Of a stretch of 64,000 bases of DNA, positions 1 through 10,426 are shown one piece after another. Positions within the stretch are counted from its first letter, which is position 1, and every line of letters begins with the position of its first letter. The DNA comes from Candidatus Omnitrophota bacterium (GTDB taxonomy: Bacteria > Omnitrophota > Gorgyraeia > Gorgyraeales > Gorgyraeaceae): contig DNHS01000056.1 of assembly GCA_003485765.1 (NCBI GenBank), positions 8,064-72,063 on the forward strand. Direction: 5' to 3'. The translations under genes and the position numbers were made by a program. A model generated the notes under the pieces. That model worked only from the letters and a program-made list of their open reading frames with translations. It did no database searches and was not told the origin of the DNA.

Positions 1-923
1 TGGGGGGTAATAGAGCCTGGTTTTGCAAGGACTTGCCCGCGCTCAATATCAGCTTTTTCAACACCTCTTAAAAGAACTCCTACATTGTCTCCGGCCTGTC
101 CTTCATCAAGAAGTTTTCTGAACATCTCTATGCCTGTAACTACTGTTTTCTTGGGCTTTTCTGTCAAACCTACTATGTCAATATCTTCTCCTATCTTCAC
201 AACGCCTCTTTCTATACGGCCGGTTGCAACTGTTCCGCGGCCTGTGATACTGAATACGTCTTCAACTGCCATTAAGAAAGGTTTTTCAACGTCTCTTTTT
301 GGCATAGAGATATAGGAATCAACCTGTTTCATGAGCTCTAGGATTGGGCCGCATGACTTACATTCATCTTTACCGCAGCCGCAGTTCATTGCGTTAAGGG
401 CCGAGAGTCTTACTATCGGAATCTTGTCCCCGGGAAATTCATATTTTTTAAGGAGGTCTCTTACTTCGAGTTCTACGAGGTCTAATAATTCCGGGTCGTC
501 AACTGCGTCAACTTTATTTAAGGCTACAACTATCGCAGGGACACCTACCTGACGGGCCAGGAGTATATGCTCTCTTGTCTGAGGCATTGGGCCGTCGACA
601 GCAGAGACTACAAGTATTGCCCCGTCCATCTGGGCGGAACCCGTAATCATGTTCTTTATATAATCAGCGTGCCCTGGGCAATCAACGTGAGCGTAATGGC
701 GATTCTCGGTTTCATATTCTGCGTGATGAACGTTAATGGTAACGCCGCGTTCCTTCTCTTCTGGGGCGTTATCGATTTCATCGTAGTTCATTGCTTTGGC
801 TAAGCCGCGGCTAGAAAGAACCTTTGTGATAGCGCTGGTGAGCGTGGTCTTGCCGTGATCAACATGCCCTATGGTGCCGATATTTACGTGTGGTTTTTTA
901 CGCTCAAATTTTTCTTTTGCCAT
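1..923 (-). CDS. tuf: Elongation factor Tu (5' part; runs off the window edge)
   Basis: Manual translation from ATG at 923: [27 protein letters not shown]..., [19 protein letters not shown]; absent from the ORF track because it is truncated. Confidence 0.98.
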   Translation of the reverse strand, partial: MAKEKFERKKPHVNIGTIGHVDHGKTTLTSAITKVLSSRGLAKAMNYDEIDNAPEEKERGVTINVHHAEYETENRHYAHVDCPGHADYIKNMITGSAQMDGAILVVSAVDGPMPQTREHILLARQVGVPAIVVALNKVDAVDDPELLDLVELEVRDLLKKYEFPGDKIPIVRLSALNAMNCGCGKDECKSCGPILELMKQVDSYISMPKRDVEKPFLMAVEDVFSITGRGTVATGRIERGVVKIGEDIDIVGLTEKPKKTVVTGIEMFRKLLDEGQAGDNVGVLLRGVEKADIERGQVLAKPGSITP

Positions 924-955
924 GTTAACCCTCCTGATTAAACGTTAATCGACGG

Positions 956-1028
<73 letters not shown>

Positions 1029-1063
1029 ATAAAATGCTGCTATCATGGTATATAGAATTAAGA

Positions 1064-1091
1064 ATTTTACCATATTCTAGCCTATTGTCAA
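1064..1091 (-). promoter_or_regulatory. Putative sigma70 promoter for tRNA-Thr(GGT)-tuf
   Basis: TTGACA-16 nt-TAAAAT on the minus strand. Confidence 0.55.
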
Positions 1092-1140
1092 GAAAAAAAT
1101 AATATATTTTTATATACTATGAAGGATTTATTCCCTAATC

Positions 1141-1278
1141 TGGAGCTGGCGAGAGGAATCGGCGCTTTGTCCTTCGGACAAAGTCGGCCACTCGCTTTGC
1201 TTACGCTACTCCTATTTGTCGCAGCTTTTCCTCGCTTCGCTCGGCGCAAAGCTCACTTCGATTCCTCTTTACATATTC
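1141..1278 (-). repeat. Hairpin-rich element ending in a duplicate of the tRNA-Thr(TGT) 3' end
   Basis: GGAGCTGGCGAGAGGAATCG at 1142-1161 is identical to 1279-1298; inverted repeat 1152-1161/1259-1268; internal hairpins. Confidence 0.8.
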
Positions 1279-1280
1279 GG

Positions 1281-1352
1281 AGCTGGCGAGAGGAATCGAA
1301 CCTCCAACCTATGGTTTACAAAACCATTGCTCTGCCGTTGAGCTACGCCAGC
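1281..1352 (-). tRNA. tRNA-Thr(TGT)
   Basis: GCTGGCGTAGCTCAA...ATGGT-TTTGTAA-ACCAT...GGTTCGATTCC. Confidence 0.95.
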
Positions 1353-1375
1353 GAAATTTGCGAAACAAAATTCGG

Positions 1376-1446
1376 AGCGGGTGAACGGGATCGAACCGTC
1401 GTAACTAGCTTGGAAGGCTAGCGCTCTACCATTGAGCTACACCCGC
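1376..1446 (-). tRNA. tRNA-Gly(TCC)
   Basis: GCGGGTGTAGCTCAATGG...CTAGC-CTTCCAA-GCTAG...GGTTCGATCCC. Confidence 0.95.
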
Positions 1447-1454
1447 ATAGTAGA

Positions 1455-2394
<940 letters not shown>

Positions 2395-2405
<11 letters not shown>

Positions 2406-2778
2406 TTCTCCACAATATTGCATTGCTGACTGCGTAATTATTCGTATGAGACATGCTGACTATTATCTTGTTTAGTTTATTCTTGTTTGCAAATCTCCTG
2501 GCTTCCTCGTGTAATATCACTTCCGGCTTGCCTTTTGAATCATTCAGGACTTCTATATTTTTTAAGTTTACACCCACCCTTGTATCCCCGAATGCCTTTA
2601 AGACTGCTTCTTTACAGGCAAACCTCGCAGCCAAATTTTCATGCGGAAATTTTTTCTTGTTCGCATAAGAAAGTTCCCGCTTGGTAAAAACCCTGTTCAG
2701 GAATTTATCGCCCCAGATATCCAAAGCTTTTTTTACCCGCGATACCTCTATTATATCAATTCCGGTTCCTATAATCAT
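2395..2778 (-). CDS. acpS: Holo-ACP synthase
   Basis: GTGIDIIE, AARFACKEAVLKA, GKP, VSMSH. Confidence 0.95.
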
Positions 2779-2801
2779 TTCAATCTCTCCAGCAACCCGC
2801 C

Positions 2802-2838
2802 AATGTTACAAAACGAGTATGGCTTGTTTTGTAACATT
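2802..2838. repeat. Intergenic palindrome family P1, copy 1
   Basis: AATGTTACAAAACGAGTATGGCTTGTTTTGTAACATT; four copies in the window. Confidence 0.9.
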
Positions 2839-3550
2839 AGGAGCACAATGCCTTCATATCCTGAACTGCTTGGCACAATCCTGTAAACACAGCTCGAGAT
2901 ATTATCGAATGGCCGATATTTAGTTCGTTTATGCCTTTAATATCAGCTATTGGTTTAACATTCATATAATTAAGGCCGTGTCCTGCGTTTACAATAATGT
3001 CTCTGGACATTGCGTACTCAGCCGAATCTTTTATTTTCTTAAACTCTCTGGCCATAGACTTCTTGTCTTTCGCCAGGCTATACTCTCCTGTATGTATTTC
3101 TATAGTGCCTATACCTATATATATAGCAGAACGGATTTCGTTCTTGTCAGGCCCAATAAAAACACTTACGTCTATGCCTTTTTTATTGAATAATGCCGTT
3201 ATTTTAGCCAGCTTTTTTTCAAATTTTATAACGCTTAACCCGCCTTCTGTTGTAAGTTCCTGCCTTTTTTCAGGCACTAGAGTAACTTGATCAGGCCCAA
3301 GCTTCAAGGCAATATCCACTATCTCCGGATTTATTGACATCTCAAGATTAAACCTTGTATTTATTCTCTTTCTTAACTCAAAGACATCCCTGTCGTTTAT
3401 GTGCCGCCTGTCTTCCCTTAGATGCGCAACAATACTGTCGCAACCTGCCTTCTCGCATATCAAAGCAGCTTCAATAGTGTCAGGTTCGATCCCTCCTCTG
3501 GCCTGCCTTAAAGTTGCAACGTGATCTATGTTGACTCCTAACTTAGGCAT
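2837..3550 (-). CDS. pdxJ: Pyridoxine 5'-phosphate synthase
   Basis: LGVNIDHVATLRQAR, HLREDRRHI, TTEGGL, AGHGL, ELNIGHSII. Confidence 0.97.
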   Translation of the reverse strand: MPKLGVNIDHVATLRQARGGIEPDTIEAALICEKAGCDSIVAHLREDRRHINDRDVFELRKRINTRFNLEMSINPEIVDIALKLGPDQVTLVPEKRQELTTEGGLSVIKFEKKLAKITALFNKKGIDVSVFIGPDKNEIRSAIYIGIGTIEIHTGEYSLAKDKKSMAREFKKIKDSAEYAMSRDIIVNAGHGLNYMNVKPIADIKGINELNIGHSIISRAVFTGLCQAVQDMKALCS

Positions 3551-3576
3551 TTTCTTTTTTTCTCCTGAAAATATTT

Positions 3577-3759
3577 TTATTTCACTGGCTTTTTATTATA
3601 GGGCGGATTTTGAATCTGACTTATAACCGAAGATTTATATAATTGCTTGACCATCTTTTTTTCTTTGATCAGCTCTTCGTTAACATAAAACCACGTTATT
3701 ACAGCAAGTGTCAGCGATACTATCTTTATCCAGAAATTATTTATTATCCAATTATTCAT
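3577..3759 (-). CDS. Small membrane protein resembling the N-terminal TM anchor of CdaR/YbbR
   Basis: NNFWIKIVSLTLAVITWFYV directly downstream of cdaA; no YbbR domains. Confidence 0.6.
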   Translation of the reverse strand: MNNWIINNFWIKIVSLTLAVITWFYVNEELIKEKKMVKQLYKSSVISQIQNPPYNKKPVK

Positions 3760-3760
3760 A

Positions 3761-4519
3761 TTATTTCCTATTTTTCTTATCCGGCCTGTAAAGATTACTC
3801 AGAACTCTCTCCAGAGATTCTCTGTCCAGATCATGTGTAAGCCTGCCGCCTATTGCTACAGAAACCCCGCCTGTTTCTTCAGACACAACAACTACTATAG
3901 CGTCGGTCTCCTCGCTCAAACCAAGAGCTGCCCTGTGCCTTGTGCCAAGGGTCGTTAAAACCTTTGGATTCTGCGTAAGCGGAAAAAGACATCCTGAAGC
4001 AGCTATCCTTTCTCCTGCAACAACTATACCTCCGTCGTGAAGCGGGGTATTCGGCATGAATATAGTTATTAAAAGCTCTGAATTCACTTTTGCATCTATC
4101 TCTATGCCGCTTTCTATATAATTTTCAAGCCTCGTCTCTCTTTCGATAGCAATAAGCGCTCCTATCTTTTTCTTGGATAGCAAAAAACACGCTGTGGTTA
4201 TTTCACTTATTATCTCTGACTCTTTGAGGAAAAATCTGGACCACCTGCGCTGCCCTATGTTAGCAAGACCCCTTCTTATCTCTTGCTGGAATATTATAAG
4301 AAATGCCAATATAGACAATGCGAATATTTTTGTAAATATCCAGTTTATCCTCTCGAACCCAAGCTGCCTGGTAATGATAAATATCAGAGTTATTAAAATC
4401 ACGCCTCTTAAAATATATACGCCCCTGGTGCCTCTTGCAAACAGTAAAATACCATAATACACAAACCACAATATGCCTATCTCTATTAATATCTTGGCTA
4501 ACGATAGGTAATCATTCAT
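3761..4519 (-). CDS. cdaA: Diadenylate cyclase CdaA/DacA
   Basis: Three TM helices then DAC domain with PLHDGG and GTRHRAALG. Confidence 0.93.
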   Translation of the reverse strand: MNDYLSLAKILIEIGILWFVYYGILLFARGTRGVYILRGVILITLIFIITRQLGFERINWIFTKIFALSILAFLIIFQQEIRRGLANIGQRRWSRFFLKESEIISEITTACFLLSKKKIGALIAIERETRLENYIESGIEIDAKVNSELLITIFMPNTPLHDGGIVVAGERIAASGCLFPLTQNPKVLTTLGTRHRAALGLSEETDAIVVVVSEETGGVSVAIGGRLTHDLDRESLERVLSNLYRPDKKNRK

Positions 4520-5343
4520 TATTTTTCTCCGTTACGGCTAATTGCATCGGCAACCATAACAACCTGCTTCATTTCTTTAACGTCATGCACCCTTACTATA
4601 TCTGCGCCGTTTTTGATTGCTATAGCTACTGACGCTGCTGTGCCGAATTGCCTTTTATCAGATTTAGCTCCCGTGAGTTTTCCTATAAAAGACTTTCTCG
4701 AAGTTCCGATGAGTACAGGCAGCTTAAATTCTTTAAATTCAGAGAGCCTGTTTAAAATCTGAAGATTATGCTCTAGTGTTTTTCCAAATCCAATTCCAGG
4801 ATCTATTATTATATTTTCTTTTTTTATGCCCCTTATTATTGATTTTTCAATAATAATTTTTAGCTTCTCTTTAATTTCCTGAACCACATTCCCATAATTC
4901 GGGCTATGTTGCATTGTTTGTGGAGTGCCTTTTATATGCATCAGCACAACCTTTGCATTAAATCCCTTAGCCACATCTATAATTTCAGGATCCGACTCCA
5001 AACCTGTTATATCGTTTACTATTGATGCCCCGTTTTCTAACGCAAGCCTGGCAACCTCTGACTTGGCTGTATCTATTGAAATAGGAACGCTTATTCTTTT
5101 TGACAATCTTTTGATAATAGGTATTGTCCTTTTTATCTCTTCTTCAGTTGTAACAGGCTCTGCGCCTGGCCTGGTAGATTCGCCTCCTATGTCAATTATA
5201 TCAGCCCCGTCTTCAACCATCCCTTCTGCTATACTGACTGCTCTATCTACATCTTGATATATGCCGTCTCCGCTAAAAGAATCAGGCGTGACATTCAGTA
5301 TCCCCATTATATAAGTACGGGAACCAAATTTAAAATCTGTCAT
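4519..5343 (-). CDS. folP: Dihydropteroate synthase
   Basis: MGILNVTPDSFS, GGESTRPGA, DPGIGFGK, SRKSFIG, VRVHDV. Confidence 0.97.
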   Translation of the reverse strand: MTDFKFGSRTYIMGILNVTPDSFSGDGIYQDVDRAVSIAEGMVEDGADIIDIGGESTRPGAEPVTTEEEIKRTIPIIKRLSKRISVPISIDTAKSEVARLALENGASIVNDITGLESDPEIIDVAKGFNAKVVLMHIKGTPQTMQHSPNYGNVVQEIKEKLKIIIEKSIIRGIKKENIIIDPGIGFGKTLEHNLQILNRLSEFKEFKLPVLIGTSRKSFIGKLTGAKSDKRQFGTAASVAIAIKNGADIVRVHDVKEMKQVVMVADAISRNGEK

Positions 5344-7181
5344 ACTTGCGCAGGAAAAACTATCTTTTTTACCTCTTCCGAATCCAATACCTCTTTTTCA
5401 AGCAATGTTTCAGCAAGGGCTTTTAATTTTTCAACATTAGCTGTTAATTCATCTTTTGCCCGCTTATAGCACTCTTCTATGATTTTGCGTATCTCTTTAT
5501 CTATTTCCACAGCTGTTGCTTCGCTGTAATTTCTTTCTTCCACAATATCGCGGCCAAGAAATATCTGATCTTCTCTCCTCCCAAAAGTAAGATTTCCAAG
5601 TTTCTCGCTCATGCCCCATCTCATTACCATATCCCTGGCAATATCAGTAGATTTTTCTAAATCGTCTTGAGCGCCCGTTGAAAGCTCCCCGAACACAAGA
5701 TCCTCGCTGGCCCTGCCGCCCAATATGCCAACTATCCTTCCTATCAGTTCTTTTTTAGTCACGATGTATCTATCTTCCAAAGGCAGCCTCATCGTGTAAC
5801 CAAGCGCAATGCCCCTTGGTATAATAGAAACTTTATGCAAAGGGTCAGCTCCTGGTATCAGAAGCGCTAAAAGCGCATGGCCTGATTCATGATACGAAAC
5901 TATTTTTTTCTCCTCTAGGTTTATAACTCTTGTCTTTTTTTCAGGCCCTGCAATAACTCTTTCAATAGACTCTCCTAATTCTTTCATCTCCACATTCTCT
6001 TTATTTCTCCTCGCAGCCAAAAGAGCAGCCTCGTTCACAAGATTAGCAAGGTCTGCCCCTGAAAAACCAGATGTCTGCCTTGCAATGTATTTAAGGTCAG
6101 CGTCTTTGTTGAGCTTAATGCCTTTTGTGTGAACTTTCAATATCGCTTCTCTGCCTATGATATCAGGCCTGGAGATAACTATTGTTCTGTCAAATCTCCC
6201 TGGCCTTAACAATGCCGGGTCCAGAACATCAGGCCTGTTGGTAGCTGCTATCAGTATAACGCCTTCCTGTGTATCGAATCCATCCATCTCTACAAGAAGC
6301 GCGTTCAAAGTCTGTTCCCGTTCGTCGTGGCCACCGCCTATTCCTGCGAACCTCTGCCTTCCTACTGCATCTATTTCATCAATAAAAATAATGCATCCTC
6401 TGCCGCTTATCTTTGCAGAGCGTTTGGCTTGCTCAAAAAGATCTCTTACTCTGGAGGCGCCTACGCCCACAAACATCTCTACGAAATCAGAACCGCTTAT
6501 GTTGAAAAATGGCACACCTGCTTCGCCGCTCACTGCCTTTGCTAGAAGGGTTTTTCCCGTGCCAGGGGGCCCCATCAATAAAACGCCTTTAGGAATCTTG
6601 CCGCCTAATTTCTGGAACCTCTTAGGATCTTTTAAAAATTCTATAATCTCCTTCAATTCTTCTTTTGCTTCGTCAACCCCGGCAACATTATCAAATGTTA
6701 TTTTTAATTTATCGCCTGCTATTTGTTTTGCGCGACTTTTCCCAAACGAAAGTATTTTGCCTCCTCCCTGCGCACCTCTATATACAAAAAACCACAGGAA
6801 TCCTATGAATAAAAGCATTGGCCCAAGTGAATAAAAAAGATTTGTCCACAACGTCTTTGGAGGTTTAACATCAAAATCAGGCACATTGTTACGTAATAAA
6901 TTTAAAAGCTCAGGATCTTCCTGGGGTATATGCACTGTAAAACGCGCTCCGCTGGAAAACGTGCCTTTGAGCTCATCCTCCATTTTTACAACAGACTTAA
7001 TGGCCACTGTTTGTTTATTGCCTTGTAATAGCCTGTAAAATTCACCGTAACTCAGCTCTTTTGGAAGCGAAGCTTGGGAGAAAGAATCCATCCTGAATAT
7101 ATATATAAGAAGCAAAAACAGCCCTACCCATAATAAAATATTCTTATTAACTTTATTCCCGCCTTTATTTTCCATTTTCAT
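5340..7181 (-). CDS. ftsH: ATP-dependent zinc metalloprotease FtsH
   Basis: Two TMs, [31 protein letters not shown]. Confidence 0.98.
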   Translation of the reverse strand: MKMENKGGNKVNKNILLWVGLFLLLIYIFRMDSFSQASLPKELSYGEFYRLLQGNKQTVAIKSVVKMEDELKGTFSSGARFTVHIPQEDPELLNLLRNNVPDFDVKPPKTLWTNLFYSLGPMLLFIGFLWFFVYRGAQGGGKILSFGKSRAKQIAGDKLKITFDNVAGVDEAKEELKEIIEFLKDPKRFQKLGGKIPKGVLLMGPPGTGKTLLAKAVSGEAGVPFFNISGSDFVEMFVGVGASRVRDLFEQAKRSAKISGRGCIIFIDEIDAVGRQRFAGIGGGHDEREQTLNALLVEMDGFDTQEGVILIAATNRPDVLDPALLRPGRFDRTIVISRPDIIGREAILKVHTKGIKLNKDADLKYIARQTSGFSGADLANLVNEAALLAARRNKENVEMKELGESIERVIAGPEKKTRVINLEEKKIVSYHESGHALLALLIPGADPLHKVSIIPRGIALGYTMRLPLEDRYIVTKKELIGRIVGILGGRASEDLVFGELSTGAQDDLEKSTDIARDMVMRWGMSEKLGNLTFGRREDQIFLGRDIVEERNYSEATAVEIDKEIRKIIEECYKRAKDELTANVEKLKALAETLLEKEVLDSEEVKKIVFPAQV

Positions 7182-7229
7182 ACATCTCCTAAATTAGATA
7201 CATATATTACCACAACTTATTTGAATAAA

Positions 7230-8237
7230 TCAACTTTTTATTAATTTCAAGACAATATTTGTTCTATCTTTTGCAACACTTATGCCTGCTGGTAAGTTAA
7301 CTATTGAGTTCGCAGGCCTGTTATTAATTAAATCTTCCATTTCCTTCCAGTGCTGATACGTAAATCTTCTCAGGTCACCCTTGAATTCTTCCAGGGCAGC
7401 CCTTAAAATTCTTTTTCTTATAGCTTCTGGCTGCTTTTTAAATTTCTTGATATCTATTAGAATCTCTTCCTGCCTGACTTTCGACACGCTCTTAAATTTT
7501 CTATTTGCATATTTAATTAGAAATTCATTCTCCACTTGTAAGTTCTCTGCCATATTAGCAAGGACTTCCTTGATATTAGAATTAAAATCTTTTTCCAAAA
7601 GAGGTATTAATTCCAGCCTGATTTTATTTCTTGTAAAGATAGTTTTCTCGTTCGAAGAATCTTTTCTGAATTCAAGGCCTGTTTCTGAAATAAAAGCCTC
7701 CACATCTTTTCTGGATATTTCTATAAGCGGCCTTATTATTTTAAACCCCTGCATATCTTTAACAGGGCTAATCCCTCCCAAGCCTTTCATGCCAGCTCCT
7801 CTTATTATCCTCATAAGAACTGTCTCAGCCTGATCATCCCTTGTATGGCCAACTGCTATTTTATCCACGCCTCTTTCTTTTGCAACCCGCTTAAAAAAAT
7901 CATATCTCTCAAACCTTGCAGCCTCTTCTGGAGAAATCCCTTTTTCCTTACTAATCCTTGGGACATCTATTTCTTCCCAAGCAATTTCAAGACTGTATTT
8001 TTTCGCAAGCTCTTCGCAAAATTTCCTGTCAGCTCTGGATTCTTCTCCTCTAAACCTGTGGTCCAAGTGAGCAATCAATATGGTTAATGAATATTCTTTC
8101 TTCAGATCGCATAACACATGAAGCAGGGTAACTGAATCAGGCCCTCCCGAAAGACCTACCAGAACACTATCATTTTTCTTTAACATATTATATTTTTTTA
8201 TGGTGGATTTAACTTTGTCTAGAAAAGTGGCAGGCAT
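7230..8237 (-). CDS. tilS: tRNA(Ile)-lysidine synthase
   Basis: SGGPDS PP-loop, EEAARFERY, HTRDDQAET, RPL, RNKIR; adjacent to ftsH. Confidence 0.95.
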   Translation of the reverse strand: MPATFLDKVKSTIKKYNMLKKNDSVLVGLSGGPDSVTLLHVLCDLKKEYSLTILIAHLDHRFRGEESRADRKFCEELAKKYSLEIAWEEIDVPRISKEKGISPEEAARFERYDFFKRVAKERGVDKIAVGHTRDDQAETVLMRIIRGAGMKGLGGISPVKDMQGFKIIRPLIEISRKDVEAFISETGLEFRKDSSNEKTIFTRNKIRLELIPLLEKDFNSNIKEVLANMAENLQVENEFLIKYANRKFKSVSKVRQEEILIDIKKFKKQPEAIRKRILRAALEEFKGDLRRFTYQHWKEMEDLINNRPANSIVNLPAGISVAKDRTNIVLKLIKS

Positions 8238-8250
8238 TATATTTTTGTAA

Positions 8251-8327
8251 TGGTAGCGGCGAGTGGATTTGAACCACTGACACGCCGGGTATGAGCCGAC
8301 TGCTCTGCCAGGCTGAGCTACGCCGCC
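8251..8327 (-). tRNA. tRNA-Met(CAT), probably elongator
   Basis: GGCGGCGTAGCTCAG...TCGG-CTCATAC-CCGG...GGTTCAAATCC...ACCA; lacks the initiator C1:A72 mismatch and GGG anticodon stem. Confidence 0.88.
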
Positions 8328-8348
8328 AAATTTTACGAAGTAAAATTT

Positions 8349-8390
8349 GATCCTGAGGCTGCGACTGAATAAGGAGCAGCTGAAGGACCT
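8349..8390. repeat. Possible REP-like hairpin (ATCCTGAG...GAAGGA type)
   Basis: GATCCTGAGGCTGCGACTGAATAAGGAGCAGCTGAAGGACCT; single copy in the window. Confidence 0.4.
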
Positions 8391-8392
8391 TC

Positions 8393-9193
8393 TTACCTCA
8401 ACACTTCATTCAAGCTTCCAGTCCTATATCCTTCTAAATCCAGCGTAATATACTTAAACTCAAGCTGTTTTAAATGTTTTGTTATTTTATCACAAAATTT
8501 TTTATTCACAAACCTTTTTATATCCTCTTTTTCTACTTCAATTCTTGCAACATTGCCATGATAACGAACCCTTACTTGAGTTATGCCCTGCCTTTTTATA
8601 AAATCTTCCGCTGCCTCTATTTTTACTAACGTCTTTTTATTTATCTTTTCGCCATATGGGAATCTGGAAGCCAAGCATGCCATTGAAGGCAGCATAGCGG
8701 TCTCTAATTTTAATTTCGTAGAATATCTTCTTATATCATATTTTGAAAACCCTGCTTCCATAAGAGGGCTTCTTATCCCTAACTCCTTTTTTGCTATACT
8801 GCCGGGCCTATAATCCTTTGCATCGTCTGTATTTGATGCGTCCAGCACATAGTTAAAACCCTGCTTTCTTGCTATTTCATTTAGTTTGCAGAATAATTCT
8901 TTCTTGCAATAATAACATCTATTAATTGGATTCTTTGTAAAATTTTTATTTTTAAGCTCATCTGTAAAGATTATTTTGTGCCTTGCTCCTAGCTTTTTTG
9001 CAAATCTCTTTGCCTGTTTAAGCTCAGAGCTGGTATATGTCTCTGAAACAGCTGTTACAGCCAGGACATTCCCATCCTGCAAAATATCCTTTGCCATCTT
9101 AAGCAAAAAACTACTATCCACCCCTCCTGAAAACGCCACAACGACCCTGCCCATTCCCATCAAAATCTTCTTCAATCTCTCTAATTTACCCAA
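8393..9193 (-). CDS. larE: LarE-family ATP-dependent sulfur transferase (PP-loop)
   Basis: AFSGGVDSS, RCYYCK, DYRPG, CLASRFPYG, GYRTGSLN. Confidence 0.88.
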   Translation of the reverse strand: MGKLERLKKILMGMGRVVVAFSGGVDSSFLLKMAKDILQDGNVLAVTAVSETYTSSELKQAKRFAKKLGARHKIIFTDELKNKNFTKNPINRCYYCKKELFCKLNEIARKQGFNYVLDASNTDDAKDYRPGSIAKKELGIRSPLMEAGFSKYDIRRYSTKLKLETAMLPSMACLASRFPYGEKINKKTLVKIEAAEDFIKRQGITQVRVRYHGNVARIEVEKEDIKRFVNKKFCDKITKHLKQLEFKYITLDLEGYRTGSLNEVLR

Positions 9194-9219
9194 ATCGCCA
9201 TCCTTTTATCCCCCCCCCA

Positions 9220-9252
9220 TGTTACAAAACGAGTATGACTTGTTTTGTAACA
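9220..9252. repeat. Palindrome family P1, copy 2
   Basis: TGTTACAAAACGAGTATGACTTGTTTTGTAACA. Confidence 0.9.
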
Positions 9253-9268
9253 GGCACGAATTGTAAAG

Positions 9269-10426
9269 TTACGATAATATTTTGTCGATCCAGCCGCCGC
9301 CTGAGACATATTCTCCATCATAAAAAACAGCTGCTTGTCCTGGCGTTATTGCGCTTTGTGGCTCTTTAAAATCTACTTCTGCAATATTGCCGCCTAAATC
9401 CTTTACGTAAGCCCAAGCCTTTTTATGATTATATCTTATCTTCACCTCTAAATCTTTTTCTTTTTCAGTATCCTTTGCCAGCCAGTTGATTTTCTTCACC
9501 AGAAATCTTTTTTTCTTAACATCTTCCGCGGCTCCGACAACAATAATATTATGCTTAGGCCTTATTTCTGTAACATAAAGAGGTTCTTTGGCGGCTATGC
9601 CAAGCCCTCTGCGCTGGCCTATTGTAAAATTCCAGAAACCCATATGATTTCCAAGCGCCTTGCCAGATCTATCTATTATATTGCCTTTCTGAGGCTTTAT
9701 ATTTCTATACTTTTTTATAAAATCAGAATAATTATTATCAGGAACAAAACATATCTCCTGACTATCAGGCTTATCGTATATGTTAAGCTCTAATTCCTTT
9801 GCTTTACGCCTGATATCATCCTTTGTAAAATTTCCTATCGGAAATAGTATTTTTTTCAACTGGCTTTGTTTCAGGCAAAATAAAACATAAGATTGGTCTT
9901 TTGCTTTATCAACAGATTCTCTCAGCCCATAAGAACCATTTATACATTCGCCCGCCACAGAAACCAATGGCGGGCTCAGTATTCCGCCCAAGGAACCCCG
10001 GGCATTAGCCCGGGTGGGCTCCATTTCTATCCTGGCATAATGTCCTGTTGCAATAAAATTACAGCCTAGGCCAATTGCTTTTTTAAGCAGACTGCCGAAC
10101 TTTATTTTTTCGTTGCAAACAATACATGGATTAGGGGTTTTGCCTGCTAAATATTCTTTTACAAAATAGTCTATTACATTCTTTTGGAAGTCCGCTTCAA
10201 GATTTAAAACATAATGTTTTATGCCGAGGACTCTTGAAACCTTTCTTGCGTCTTCTATATCTTTTAATGAGCAGCACGCCTTTTCTTTTTCCTTGCCGCA
10301 TAACTCCTTCGGCCAAACCTTCATGGTGGCGCCTATGACTTCATATCCAGCTTCATTCAGAATAGCTGCTGCCACAGAGCTGTCCACCCCGCCACTCATC
10401 GCAACTAGTACTCGCTTATTCTTCAT
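9269..10426 (-). CDS. mnmA: tRNA 2-thiouridylase MnmA, with an in-frame palindromic insertion
   Basis: AMSGGVDSSV, TPNPCIVCN, ATGHYA, KDQSY, DSQEICF, TIGQRRGL, TPGQAAVFY. Confidence 0.97.
   Translation of the reverse strand: MKNKRVLVAMSGGVDSSVAAAILNEAGYEVIGATMKVWPKELCGKEKEKACCSLKDIEDARKVSRVLGIKHYVLNLEADFQKNVIDYFVKEYLAGKTPNPCIVCNEKIKFGSLLKKAIGLGCNFIATGHYARIEMEPTRANARGSLGGILSPPLVSVAGECINGSYGLRESVDKAKDQSYVLFCLKQSQLKKILFPIGNFTKDDIRRKAKELELNIYDKPDSQEICFVPDNNYSDFIKKYRNIKPQKGNIIDRSGKALGNHMGFWNFTIGQRRGLGIAAKEPLYVTEIRPKHNIIVVGAAEDVKKKRFLVKKINWLAKDTEKEKDLEVKIRYNHKKAWAYVKDLGGNIAEVDFKEPQSAITPGQAAVFYDGEYVSGGGWIDKILS
9939..10022. mobile_element. In-frame palindromic mini-element in mnmA (shared with hisH), carrying a nested 36-nt hairpin
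   Basis: TTTATACATTCGCCC-[36 nt]-AAGGAACCCCGGGCATTAGCCCGGGTGGGCTCC matches 29628-29675. Confidence 0.8.

Noticed and set aside
8251-8327. tRNA-Ile2(CAT), suggested by adjacency to tilS
   Set aside because: The acceptor stem and overall sequence look more like elongator tRNA-Met; tRNAscan-SE isotype models would be needed to settle it.
9210-9218. C9 homopolymer as a phase-variation switch for larE
   Set aside because: It is intergenic and not in an identifiable promoter spacer; there is no supporting evidence.
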